DNA from: Candidatus Marinacidobacterium sp.
Lineage (GTDB): Bacteria; Acidobacteriota; Vicinamibacteria; Marinacidobacterales; Marinacidobacteraceae
Assembly: GCA_965204755.1 (NCBI GenBank)
Contig: OZ242011.1
Coordinates: 3,776,001 to 3,840,000 of the forward strand
Length of the DNA: 64,000 nucleotides
Direction of reading: 5' to 3'
The position numbers and the translations under genes were made by a program. The stretch's first letter is position 1, and each line of letters begins with the position of its first letter. The notes under the pieces were generated by a model. The model worked only from the letters and a program-made list of their open reading frames with translations, had not been told where the DNA came from and made no database searches. Below are positions 29,601-37,737 of the stretch, in pieces.

Positions 29601-30953
29601 GGGCTGGGCAGCGTCGAGGAGTTCATCGGTCCGGACTGGCGCCCGGCGTCAGCGCCGGAGGCGTTGCGGCAGTATTGTGAGAGTGATCGGGCCCCGCTCA
29701 CGACACTGCGTAGCGTCGTTCCTTCGGACATGCACGAGACTGTGGGACTTCACGACGGCGGATGGGTCGGACGGATTGCGGGTCCCGAGAGCCGGCTCGC
29801 GCGCGCTGCGGAGGAAGCGTGTGATGAATTCCGGAAACTGCAGGAATTGGTGGCCGATTTCATGAAGACCCGCGACTCCAGAATCAACCGTCTGCATCGC
29901 AGGATGGACACGATCGCGGGGATGAATGTCGTCCAATTCCTCGCGAGAAAAGCGGTCATTCCGAAGTACGGGTTCCCGGTGGATGTCGTCGAGTTGCACA
30001 CCGGTTCTTGGCGTGAGGGCGGGTCCGTGCAACTCGACCGGGATCTTTCCTTGGCCATTTCGGAGTACGCCCCCGGAAGTCGCGTGGTCGCGAATAAACT
30101 CGAGTGGCAGTCGTGCGGTATCCGGAGAGTGGATGGGCGGGAACCGCCTCGGCGACTGTACGCCTACGACCGGCAACGCTTTCTCGCGACGAACCTCGGT
30201 GATGCGGAGGGGCTGGTAGACGGGCACCGCCCCAAGGGCAAGTACTTGGTGCCGGAGTTCGGGTTCGTCGTGTCCGACAAGGAGAAACCGAGGCCTCCGG
30301 AGCGTCGCAGCCAAAGGCTGTTTTCGACTCGTCCCTTCTTCAGGAATTTCGTGCGCACGGAGTCGCTCGTGGCCGAGAGATCCGTCTTTGGCGTGCACGT
30401 GTCGGAGCCGCAGCCCGGTGAACTCGTCGTCCTGTGTGAGGGGAAGGAGGAGGGAGGGTTTCACCTCTGCGGACAGTGTGGCCGGTATGCGGAGAAACCG
30501 GGACCGCAGCACACTACGCCTTGGGGAGGATCCTGCTCTGGGGTCTTCTCCAGGTTCTCGCTGGGGCACGAAGTGACCACGGATGTCGTCAGAGCCCGAT
30601 TCCCGGAAGCGCTGGATGTCGCGGGGCTCTACTCGCTTGCGTACGCCTTGGCGCTCGGCGCTGCGGATGCCCTCGCCGTGCCGCAGCAGGACCTCGATGT
30701 CACCTTGAGTGGCGACGCCATCGTTCTCTACGATGATGTGCCCGGGGGAGCGGGCCTCGTACGGCAATTGACCGACGAGAGGGCGTTTCGCCGGGTGCTG
30801 GTGAAGTCCCGCGAACGCGTCGACGGGCGATGCGGGTGCGACCGTAGTTGCTACGGGTGTCTTCGCAGTTATCGCAACCAGTTCGTTCACACCCAGCTGG
30901 ACCGCGGGAAGGCGCTCGCGGTGCTTGACGAGGCTCTTCGGCGGACCGGCTGA
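26673..30953 (+). CDS. DEAH-box SF2 helicase with a C-terminal DUF1998 (MrfA-like Zn-binding) domain; DruE-like
   Basis: LHAHQ Q-motif, SGTASGKTE, YPMNAL, DEAH, TSAT, TTFEVGVDLG, YAQRVGRAGR, several CxxC pairs, LYDDVPGGAG and CGCDRSCYGCLRSYRNQ. Confidence 0.9.
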   Translation: MPHRKDIDRWVEKIRSRYTSYLATSFYFRDPALRKSFGDALGGEELLRGPYPEYGRRFPKGVSARELASETFPSGAEDLFPALLDGRLHAHQERAIRAAHFENRNIVVASGTASGKTECFLYPILFSLFDEHLAGTVDENGVRAVVLYPMNALVNDQRERLGELRRRLDGHGSGFEFTFGQYIGQTPYNSRDRFRHGAERGRSALPGEIVFREEMWEKPPHILFTNYSMLEYLLLRPQDTPLFDGGRGRHWRFLVLDEAHAYRGAKGIEMAMLVRRLKQRLREGGRTRPFRCIATSATIASGHGREDRRAVADFATTLFGEEFEDEGVVFGLPESRSGAESGDIRRHHVFVRALEGAFLLHEEGRDRVVLNRVLGDAGSRAPAVPLEIALCRECGQHYYVGRVRNGRLVEAVRDRSRGDFGVDFFRPLSTDEPQASGLSLCRRCGAIGRGATGCGCGVEAAVQKCANRPGHPDQIKKCGSCEYARGGVGDPVQEIVHGADGPNAVLATAVHELLPSASRRILAFADSRQDAAFFAWYAEDSYTTIRDRNLMARALRRGTEGWRRTDEGGDEGLSIGDLGRRLAAVRRERGLTKAADSWETEIRASHEAVLREAVAEDARLSLSGVGLAAWAVAIPSDLRVPAELLAPPWNLSPPEARLLLEHLLDGFRREPALCLPKSPDFPAWKAVSTRPAMAFARGTPAGRTKVREWGGARSAVVSRFLPRVADASGLSLAAAQVASRSLMKAIWVALRDRDEAVRAEDRMLERAGSEGTFALNSGWLRVRSAGASELWECETCARLTARNIRGVCPRNWCPGILAPADRGRLDENHYRSLYEATDLPPTLKAAEHTAQLADDEARRRQAEFKSGDIHLLSSSTTFEVGVDLGALEVTFLRNVPPEPFNYAQRVGRAGRAARTGLALTYCRRSPHDLHHFSNPESLIEGRVTPPRLLVSNERIVTRHMTAIALSAFFRDSNRGQGLGSVEEFIGPDWRPASAPEALRQYCESDRAPLTTLRSVVPSDMHETVGLHDGGWVGRIAGPESRLARAAEEACDEFRKLQELVADFMKTRDSRINRLHRRMDTIAGMNVVQFLARKAVIPKYGFPVDVVELHTGSWREGGSVQLDRDLSLAISEYAPGSRVVANKLEWQSCGIRRVDGREPPRRLYAYDRQRFLATNLGDAEGLVDGHRPKGKYLVPEFGFVVSDKEKPRPPERRSQRLFSTRPFFRNFVRTESLVAERSVFGVHVSEPQPGELVVLCEGKEEGGFHLCGQCGRYAEKPGPQHTTPWGGSCSGVFSRFSLGHEVTTDVVRARFPEALDVAGLYSLAYALALGAADALAVPQQDLDVTLSGDAIVLYDDVPGGAGLVRQLTDERAFRRVLVKSRERVDGRCGCDRSCYGCLRSYRNQFVHTQLDRGKALAVLDEALRRTG

Positions 30954-31340
30954 ATCGCCCGAATCCGGAGTCGCCCCGATGTCGGAGACGCCGAAGACCT
31001 TGATGCGGGAGGCCGGGATGAGTGGGCGATCGGGTAAGTCGGGGCGCCGGTATGCAGAGGACTACCGGCGGCGGATCGTGGAACTGGCGCGGGCCGGGCG
31101 TACGCCCGCGGATTTGGCCCGTGAGTTCGAGCCGAGCGCGCAGACGATCCGGAACTGGGTGGCGCAGGCGGATCGGGATGAGGGTCGGCGGTCGGACGGG
31201 TCGACGCGGGAGGAGCGGCGGGAGATCCGGGATTTGCGTCGTCAACTGCGGGATCTGAAGGAGGAGGTGGCCGTCCTGAAAGCGGCGCAGTCGTGGTTCG
31301 ATCGGGAGACCGAGTCCGACGGTTCCGATTCCTGACGGGC
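30951..31340 (+). mobile_element. IS3-family remnant: IR-like left end plus orfA (31018-31335); orfB absent
   Basis: TGAATCGCCC... end; orfA RRYAEDYRRRIVELARAGRTPADLAREFEPSAQTIRNWV with a leucine zipper; no DDE domain follows. Confidence 0.75.
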
Positions 31341-31483
31341 TCGGAGTCCCTGGTCCGGGCCTCGCCTGCCTCCCCTTCCCTCGCGCTTCTCGTCCGCCCG
31401 GTCGCCGTCGGGCGCGGAGCGGTTGGCCGTGTCGATGCCGGAGCGACTCGTCGCTCCCGGGCGCCGGTCCGGAATTCTCCGGC

Positions 31484-32770
31484 CTACCGGGTCCAGAGTT
31501 CGTGGAGGGATACGGCGAGGAGGCGGCGGTCGGGGAGGCGGTGGTTCTCGGGGCCGGTGTGGAGGATGAAGCCCCCGGCGAAGTCGTTGCCGCACCGGTC
31601 GGCGAGACGTTGGAGGCCCTTGCCGTCGGTCGGGCGGACGCTCCCGGAGGCCTTCACTTCGATACCCCAGACGCGTTCGTGGCGAGTCAGGACGAGATCC
31701 ACTTCCGCGCCGGCCCGGTCGCGGTAGTGGGACAGGCGCAGGTCGGGGTCGGTCCACGCCGCCTGCGCGGCGACCTGTTGGACGACGAAGGTCTCGAGCA
31801 AGGAGCCGAAGCGGTCCCGGCGTTCGAACCAGTCCGCTTCGGTGATGCCGGAGAGGGTGGCGGCGAGGCCGGCGTCCGCGAGGTGGATCTTCGCGGCCCG
31901 AGCCGGGCGCGGGACCGCGGGGTGGTGCCAAGCGGGAAGGCGGCGGATCAGGAACAGGCGTTCGAGGATGGCCAGGTACCGCTCCACGGTCGCCCGGTCG
32001 AGCGTCAGGTCGCGCGCCAGCCGCGCCTGGTTCAGCGGCTGGGCGGTGAGGGCGGCCAGGTGTTCGAGCAGCCGTTCCAGTCGCGAGGCGTCGCGGATGC
32101 GGTTGGCGTCGCGCGCGTCCTTCGCCATGATCGCCATCAGGTAGTCGCGCCTCCACTGCCGCGCATCGGCGGGGTCGCGGCGGACGGCCTCCGGGTAACC
32201 GCCGGCCACGACTCGGCGGGCCGCGTCCCTGCCCCCCTGCCCTCCGCCTTCGGCGCCGGCGGGCAACCGGACGGGAATGGCGCCGTCGAGGAGCGCCCGG
32301 AGGAAGAGCCCCGGCCGACGCCCCTTCTCGGACTCGGTGAGCGGGTGCAGGCGGATGATCGCCACTCGTCCGGCGAGGGACTCCGTCACGGTGGGCAGGA
32401 GGAGCAGGTCGCTCGATCCGGTGAGCAGGAAGCGGCCCGGCCGCCGGGCCTCGTCCACGGAGACCTTGATCGCGGGCAGGAGCGCCGGCGCCCGCTGGAC
32501 CTCATCTATGGCGACCCGATCCGGGAGATCGCCCACGAATCCGTCGGGATCCTCCCGGGCCAGCCGGCGCAGGCGCTCCCGGTCGAGATCCAGATAGGCC
32601 CGCTCCCGGTCGAGATGACGGACGAGCGTCGTCTTCCCGGCTTGGCGCGGCCCGGTGACCAACACCACCGGGGTGTTCTTCAGGGCCGCTCGGACGACCC
32701 CTTCCATGGAGCGCGGAAGAAGCCGCCCGCGAAACGGATCTGGGTTTCCGGGCGTGTCAGATTGCGGCAT
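31484..32770 (-). CDS. AAA+ ATPase with DUF4143 C-terminal domain
   Basis: GPRQAGKTT, IDEVQRAP, FLLTGSS, ESLAGR, GGYPEA, KIHLADAGL, EVDLV...IEVKAS. Confidence 0.88.
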   Translation of the reverse strand: MPQSDTPGNPDPFRGRLLPRSMEGVVRAALKNTPVVLVTGPRQAGKTTLVRHLDRERAYLDLDRERLRRLAREDPDGFVGDLPDRVAIDEVQRAPALLPAIKVSVDEARRPGRFLLTGSSDLLLLPTVTESLAGRVAIIRLHPLTESEKGRRPGLFLRALLDGAIPVRLPAGAEGGGQGGRDAARRVVAGGYPEAVRRDPADARQWRRDYLMAIMAKDARDANRIRDASRLERLLEHLAALTAQPLNQARLARDLTLDRATVERYLAILERLFLIRRLPAWHHPAVPRPARAAKIHLADAGLAATLSGITEADWFERRDRFGSLLETFVVQQVAAQAAWTDPDLRLSHYRDRAGAEVDLVLTRHERVWGIEVKASGSVRPTDGKGLQRLADRCGNDFAGGFILHTGPENHRLPDRRLLAVSLHELWTR

Positions 32771-32934
32771 CGCGGGTCTGATTAGTGTAGGTCAACGGCC
32801 AAAATTGATGTAAAGATGATCCGAATGCGGTTTATCGAGTTCGAAGACTGCTGCCCCTCTGGACCCACCTGCGGATGAAGGGAGAACTCCGGTAGTCGGA
32901 TCGGGCCGACGGCAGCCAGGCGATCCCGCTGGCG

Positions 32935-33861
32935 TTGTCGCGCCTGCTGGAACGGATCGGCGCGGACAATCCCATGAGACCGTGCGCCGGGGGCCCCTAC
33001 GACTTCGAGTACCGCACCTATCCGGAGGTCGCTCTCCGGGAGGCGCTGATGAACGCGCTCTGCCACCGCGACCATCGGGTCGCCGGCCCGATCCTGGTGA
33101 AGCAGTACCGGGATCGGATCGAGATGACGAACGCCGGCGGCCTCATCGGCAACACCACCCCGGACAGCCACCTCCACCGGGCGCCGGCGGCCCGCAACCC
33201 GTGCCTCGTCGGGACGCTGCTGCGGTTGCGCCTTGTCAACCGCAGCAACTTGGGGAGGCATCGCATCTTCTCCCGCCTGCTGATGGAGGGGAAGGCGCCG
33301 ACGACGATCGAGGACCGCGACGGGGTCTATCGGATCGAGTTCCGCGCCTCGCCGGTGTCACCGGCGTTCCGCGCGTTCGTGGCCGACGAGGCGACGGAGC
33401 GCGGCGTGGCGCTCGGCGTGGACCAATTGCTCGTGCTGAACCACTTGCTCTTGCCGGCGGGGGAGGCCGATACGACGGAGTTGGCCCGGCGGTGTCAGCG
33501 CGCGGCCGGGGCGATGGAGGGAATCCTCGAGCGCATGGAGCAGGACCTCGGCTACCTGGAACGGAACGGGGAAGGTGATGTCCGGCGGGCGATCGAACTC
33601 GGAACCCCGGCGCGGCTGACGGCGGCGCGGAGCGCGGGCCCCGTGCCTCCCCGCGAGTGGGAGCCGGCGCGGGCGAGAGTCGAAGGGGTGATCCGGCGCC
33701 GGGCCGAGGGCGCCCGGGAGCCTCTTTCGAACTCCGATGTGCGCCGCATCACCGGGCTCGCCCGGAGGCAAGTGAACCGGTTGATCCAGGAACCGGTGCC
33801 GGACGGGAAGATACGGATCGTCGGCCAAGGCCGCGCCGCGCGGTATCTTCGGACCGGGTGA
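32935..33861 (+). pseudogene. N-terminally truncated AlbA_2/RecG-C (HATPase_c_4) transcriptional regulator-like gene
   Basis: YPEVALREALMNALCHRD, RIEMTNAGG, RNP and a C-terminal wHTH ending GQGRAARY; no N-terminal domain or good start. Confidence 0.6.
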
Positions 33862-33884
33862 CGGACGGCCCCCGGTGTCTCGGG

Positions 33885-34075
33885 GGAATGTACCGGAGGG
33901 CGGTCCTCGGTACATTCCGGGGTCGGAATTGGCTTGGAATGTACCGGGAATCGCCGGAAATGGACCGAGACCCGGTCGAAATCGCTTGATGTCAAGGCGA
34001 ACCAAGGAGGGCGGCCGATCGCGGGGAAGGGTCGGAGGCGAGGAGTCGACGAGGAATGTCGGCGTGCCGACATTC
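33885..34075. repeat. Cluster of short palindromes (REP-like)
   Basis: GGAATGTACCG (33885)/CGGTACATTCC (33908) hairpin; third copy at 33936; GAATGTCGGC-GT-GCCGACATTC at 34054-34075. Confidence 0.55.
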
Positions 34076-34100
34076 TTGGAAGTACAAGACGAATCAGAAG

Positions 34101-34919
34101 TTATCGAGTAGTTCGGGCGAGATTCCCCAATGCGCCGACAGGGGCTGCCGGTGGAAGGCAGGCGGCTACGGCGAGTGTGAACGAAGAGTGGGTCGTCGTC
34201 CAGAAACGCCAGGGCGACCGCTGTCGGAGAATGGACGGCGCCCCGGGTCGGAGTGCGTGGTGTTCGCGCGCTGCGGCTTCGGACGACGGCCGCGGGGTGG
34301 CGAGGTCGAAAGCGATGCGGGAGAGGGCGCCGGGCACTGCGACGCCGGCGGCCTTGCCCCAAGCCTCTTTCAGGGTCCACGCCCGGAGGAAGGCCGCCGG
34401 ACGGGCCGGTTCGGGAAGCGCGAGGAGCGCCCGAACCTCCGGCGGGAGGAAGTGGCGGCGGGCGATGGCCTCCGGACGGGTACGGCGGTCGAGGCGCTCG
34501 ACATCCACGCCGATGCGGGATGCCTCCGCGCTGGCCGCGGCGGCGACCAAACCGCGGGTGTGGGTGACGCTGACCGCGACAGCCTCGGCCGCCGAGGCCC
34601 CGGGCGAAGGCGGCCGGGACTCGGGATGGCCGGGCGCTCGCGCGTAGGGTGCGCCTGCCGGGCTCGCGCCGGTTACGACCTCCTCCGCGGCGATGCCGAG
34701 CAGGTCGGCGGCCAGCAGACGGACCAGGCCGCGGCCGATTCGCGTGCGGCGGCGGGCCTCCGGGCGCCGGCGGAGGGAGGCTCGTCGGTGGTCGGCGGCG
34801 CCGAGCAGCGGCGAGAGCGCCTCGTCGGCGGGGGCGCTGTCCGGGGCGGTGAGCAACCGCACCGCCGGGTGGATGGGGAGAGGCGCCATTCCGGCGCGCC
34901 GCGCCCGCGCCTCGTCCAC
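34101..34919 (-). CDS. 4'-phosphopantetheinyl transferase (Sfp-type)
   Basis: SVTHT, IGVDVE, FLRAWTLKEAWGKA. Confidence 0.82.
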   Translation of the reverse strand: MDEARARRAGMAPLPIHPAVRLLTAPDSAPADEALSPLLGAADHRRASLRRRPEARRRTRIGRGLVRLLAADLLGIAAEEVVTGASPAGAPYARAPGHPESRPPSPGASAAEAVAVSVTHTRGLVAAAASAEASRIGVDVERLDRRTRPEAIARRHFLPPEVRALLALPEPARPAAFLRAWTLKEAWGKAAGVAVPGALSRIAFDLATPRPSSEAAAREHHALRPGAPSILRQRSPWRFWTTTHSSFTLAVAACLPPAAPVGALGNLARTTR

Positions 34920-35060
34920 CCCCCTACCCCGGCGCCCCGCAGCGGTCGGTGCCCGGGAACCCGCCTGTATCTCCCGGCCGCGGCGCGGCCCTTCGGGGCC
35001 GGGAGTGTTCCCCCCCGGCCCGAGGGCGGCCCGCCGCGCCGGCGCCGATCCGGGTCGGGA

Positions 35061-35990
35061 TCAGCGGGAGCGGTTCAGGAAGTCCAGGAACTCGCTGTCG
35101 CTGCCGATCACCAGGGTCACGCCGTCGTCGAGCGCCGTGCGGTAGGTGTCCAGCGACTTCATGAACCGGTAGAAGTCCGCGTCCCGCTGGTAGGCCTGCG
35201 CGTAGATGCGGGAGGCCTCGGCGTCCGCCCGGCCGCGGACCTCCTCCGCCTGGCGGAAGGCCTCGGACTCGATGGACTTGAGTTCCCGTTCGCGCTGGCC
35301 CCGGATCTCGGCGGCCCTCCCCTGCCCTTCCGACCGGCTGCGCTCGGCGATCCGCTGGCGCTCCGAGATCATCCGCTCGTACACCTTGGCGCGGACCTCT
35401 TCCACATAGTTGAGCCGCTTGATGCGCACATCCACCAACTCGATCCCGAAACTCGGCGTCACCTCGGACGCCTTTTCGAGGATGCTGCGGGTGATGGCGT
35501 TGCGGCCGTGTTCGATGTCGCCGACCGCCTCCTCGGCGGCGAACGACACCAGGTCCTCGGTGATTTCGAACTCCCGGTCGGTGATGCGGACGATCTCGAT
35601 CAGGTCGAAGGTGGCGACCGCGTTCCGGGTCTCGCCGTCGATGATGTCGTCGAGGCGGCTCTGGGCGCCGCGCTCGTCGTGGACCGACTGGAAGAACAGC
35701 AGGGGGTCGGCGATCCGCCAGCGGGCGTAGGTGTCCACCCAGATGAACTTCTTGTCGCGCGTGGTGATCTGGTTCGCGTCACCGTCCCAGGGCAGCCACC
35801 GCTGGTCGAACCGGGTGACCCGGTGGATGAACGGGGCCTTGAAGTGGAGCCCCGGCTCGGTGACGGCGTCGCCGATGGGCTCGCCGAACTGCGTGATGAT
35901 GACCTGCTCGGTCTCGGAGACGGTGTAGGTCGCCGAGGCGAGCAGGATGAGCGCGAGGATCGCGCCGCCGACGGTCAGGAGCCCCTTCAT
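35061..35990 (-). CDS. hflC: FtsH protease modulator HflC
   Basis: SPFH domain: QFGEP..EPGLHFKAPFI, VYERMISERQRIA..RSEG, FYRFMKSL. Confidence 0.9.
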   Translation of the reverse strand: MKGLLTVGGAILALILLASATYTVSETEQVIITQFGEPIGDAVTEPGLHFKAPFIHRVTRFDQRWLPWDGDANQITTRDKKFIWVDTYARWRIADPLLFFQSVHDERGAQSRLDDIIDGETRNAVATFDLIEIVRITDREFEITEDLVSFAAEEAVGDIEHGRNAITRSILEKASEVTPSFGIELVDVRIKRLNYVEEVRAKVYERMISERQRIAERSRSEGQGRAAEIRGQRERELKSIESEAFRQAEEVRGRADAEASRIYAQAYQRDADFYRFMKSLDTYRTALDDGVTLVIGSDSEFLDFLNRSR

Positions 35991-37105
35991 CGCCGGCTCT
36001 CCCCGTCACGGACGCCGCCTCCCGGCGCCCCTCCCCCCGACGACCCCGACGGTCTGGCGGGCGCCTGCGCCCCCGGCCCTCCCCGAGCGCCGTTCAGGTT
36101 CAGCAACGGCAGGACATTCGCCCCGCTCTCGTCCACGATCACCTTCTGACCCAACCGGGGCATCACCTCCGAGATCGTCTCCAGGTACATCCGCGCCCGG
36201 GTCACCCGGGGGGCGTTCCGGTACTCGGCGTACACCGCTTCGAACCGGGAGGCCTCGCCCCGCGCGCGGTTCACCCGCTCGGCGGCGTAACCCTCGGCTT
36301 CCTGGATGAGCCGCTGCGCGTCGCCCCGGGCGCGGGGGATCGCCTGGTTGTACTCGGCGAGCGCCTCGTTGGTCAGCCGCTCCTTCTCCTGGATCGCCTC
36401 GTTGACCTCGTTGAAACTGGGCTTCACGGTGTCCGGCGGGTTCACATCCTGGAGCACCAACTGCTGGATGCTGATCCCGGTCTGGTAGCGGTCGTTGATC
36501 TCCTGCAGGAGGTCCTTGGCCTGGGCGGCGATCCGTTCCCGGCCCACGGTGAGCACCTCGTCCACGCTGTGGTCGCCGACCACATCGCGCATCGCCGCCT
36601 CGCTCATGTCCCGGAAGGTCGAGCGGATTTCCCGGACATTGAAGAGGTAGGCCCGGGGGTCCTGCACCTTGAACTGGACGATCCACTCCACGACCGCCAC
36701 ATTGAGGTCGCCGGTGAGCATGAGCGACTCCTCGAGGAAGTGGCGCTCGTCGTACACCGTCCGCACGCCGGCGCTCACCGTGCGGAAGCCGAACTCTTCC
36801 TTGAGTTGCCGCTCCACCGGGACCTTGGTGACCGACTCGATGAACGGGAGGACGAAGTGGAGGCCGGGGTCGGTGACCCGCGAATAGCGGCCGAACCGGG
36901 TCACCACGCCGGCCTCGTCGGGCTGGACCTGATAGACCGAGGTGAAGAACAGGATCAGCGCCAGAACCCCGCCGCCGATCCCGTAGAGCGTCCGTTTCGA
37001 AGTCCCGGCGAGGCGCGTCAGCAGCGCCTCGATGTCCGGGCGGCCGGAGCCGTCCCCCCGGAACGGCGAAAACGGGCCGTTTCCAACCCCATCCTGGAAT
37101 GCCAT
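35987..37105 (-). CDS. hflK: FtsH protease modulator HflK
   Basis: ESLMLTGDLN, LQDVNPP, IPRARG.A, APRVTRARMYLET. Confidence 0.9.
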   Translation of the reverse strand: MAFQDGVGNGPFSPFRGDGSGRPDIEALLTRLAGTSKRTLYGIGGGVLALILFFTSVYQVQPDEAGVVTRFGRYSRVTDPGLHFVLPFIESVTKVPVERQLKEEFGFRTVSAGVRTVYDERHFLEESLMLTGDLNVAVVEWIVQFKVQDPRAYLFNVREIRSTFRDMSEAAMRDVVGDHSVDEVLTVGRERIAAQAKDLLQEINDRYQTGISIQQLVLQDVNPPDTVKPSFNEVNEAIQEKERLTNEALAEYNQAIPRARGDAQRLIQEAEGYAAERVNRARGEASRFEAVYAEYRNAPRVTRARMYLETISEVMPRLGQKVIVDESGANVLPLLNLNGARGGPGAQAPARPSGSSGGGAPGGGVRDGESRR

Positions 37106-37191
37106 GACTCGACTGCCTCCTCGTAAGCGGCGGATGCCCCGGATGCTATCGCGCCCTCCCGCCGGAAGCGGTCGCAGATAGCATTTCCCGC

Positions 37192-37707
37192 ATGGAACTT
37201 CCCGACCGATCGAGGACTTCGCGCCCGCTGCTCCGGGCGCTCGCCTCCGCCGCCGGCGCCGCTCTCGCCGCCTGCGGCGGGAACTCCCCGGCGAATCCCC
37301 CGGCCTCGGTCCCCGCCGCCCTCGCGCAGGAGGTTCCCTCGGACGCCGCCGATGCCGTCACCGCCGTGCTGGAGGAACAGGCGAGGGCCTGGAACGAGGG
37401 CGACCTCGAGACCTTCGTGGCCCACTACCTCGATTCGCCCCGGACCCGGTTCGTCTCCGGGAACACCGCGCTCTACGGGGTCGCCGACCTCCTCGAGCGC
37501 TACCGGCGCAACTACCCGGACCGGGCGGCCATGGGCCGCTTGTCGTTCGCCGAACTCGATGTGCGCGTCCTCTCGCCCGATTTCGCGTTCGTGTTCGGCC
37601 GGTTCCATCTCGAACGGGAGAACGACGCGCCCACCGGCCTGTTCACGTTGCTGTTCGAGAACACTCCCGACGGCTGGAAGATCTCGCACGACCACACGAG
37701 TTCCTGA
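37192..37707 (+). CDS. NTF2/SnoaL-like (DUF4440/YybH) lipoprotein
   Basis: Lipobox LAAC; AWNEGDLETF...GLFTLLF...GWKISHDHTSS. Confidence 0.8.
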   Translation: MELPDRSRTSRPLLRALASAAGAALAACGGNSPANPPASVPAALAQEVPSDAADAVTAVLEEQARAWNEGDLETFVAHYLDSPRTRFVSGNTALYGVADLLERYRRNYPDRAAMGRLSFAELDVRVLSPDFAFVFGRFHLERENDAPTGLFTLLFENTPDGWKISHDHTSS

Positions 37708-37737
37708 CCGGCGCCGCCGCCGGCGCCGAACGGCCGC

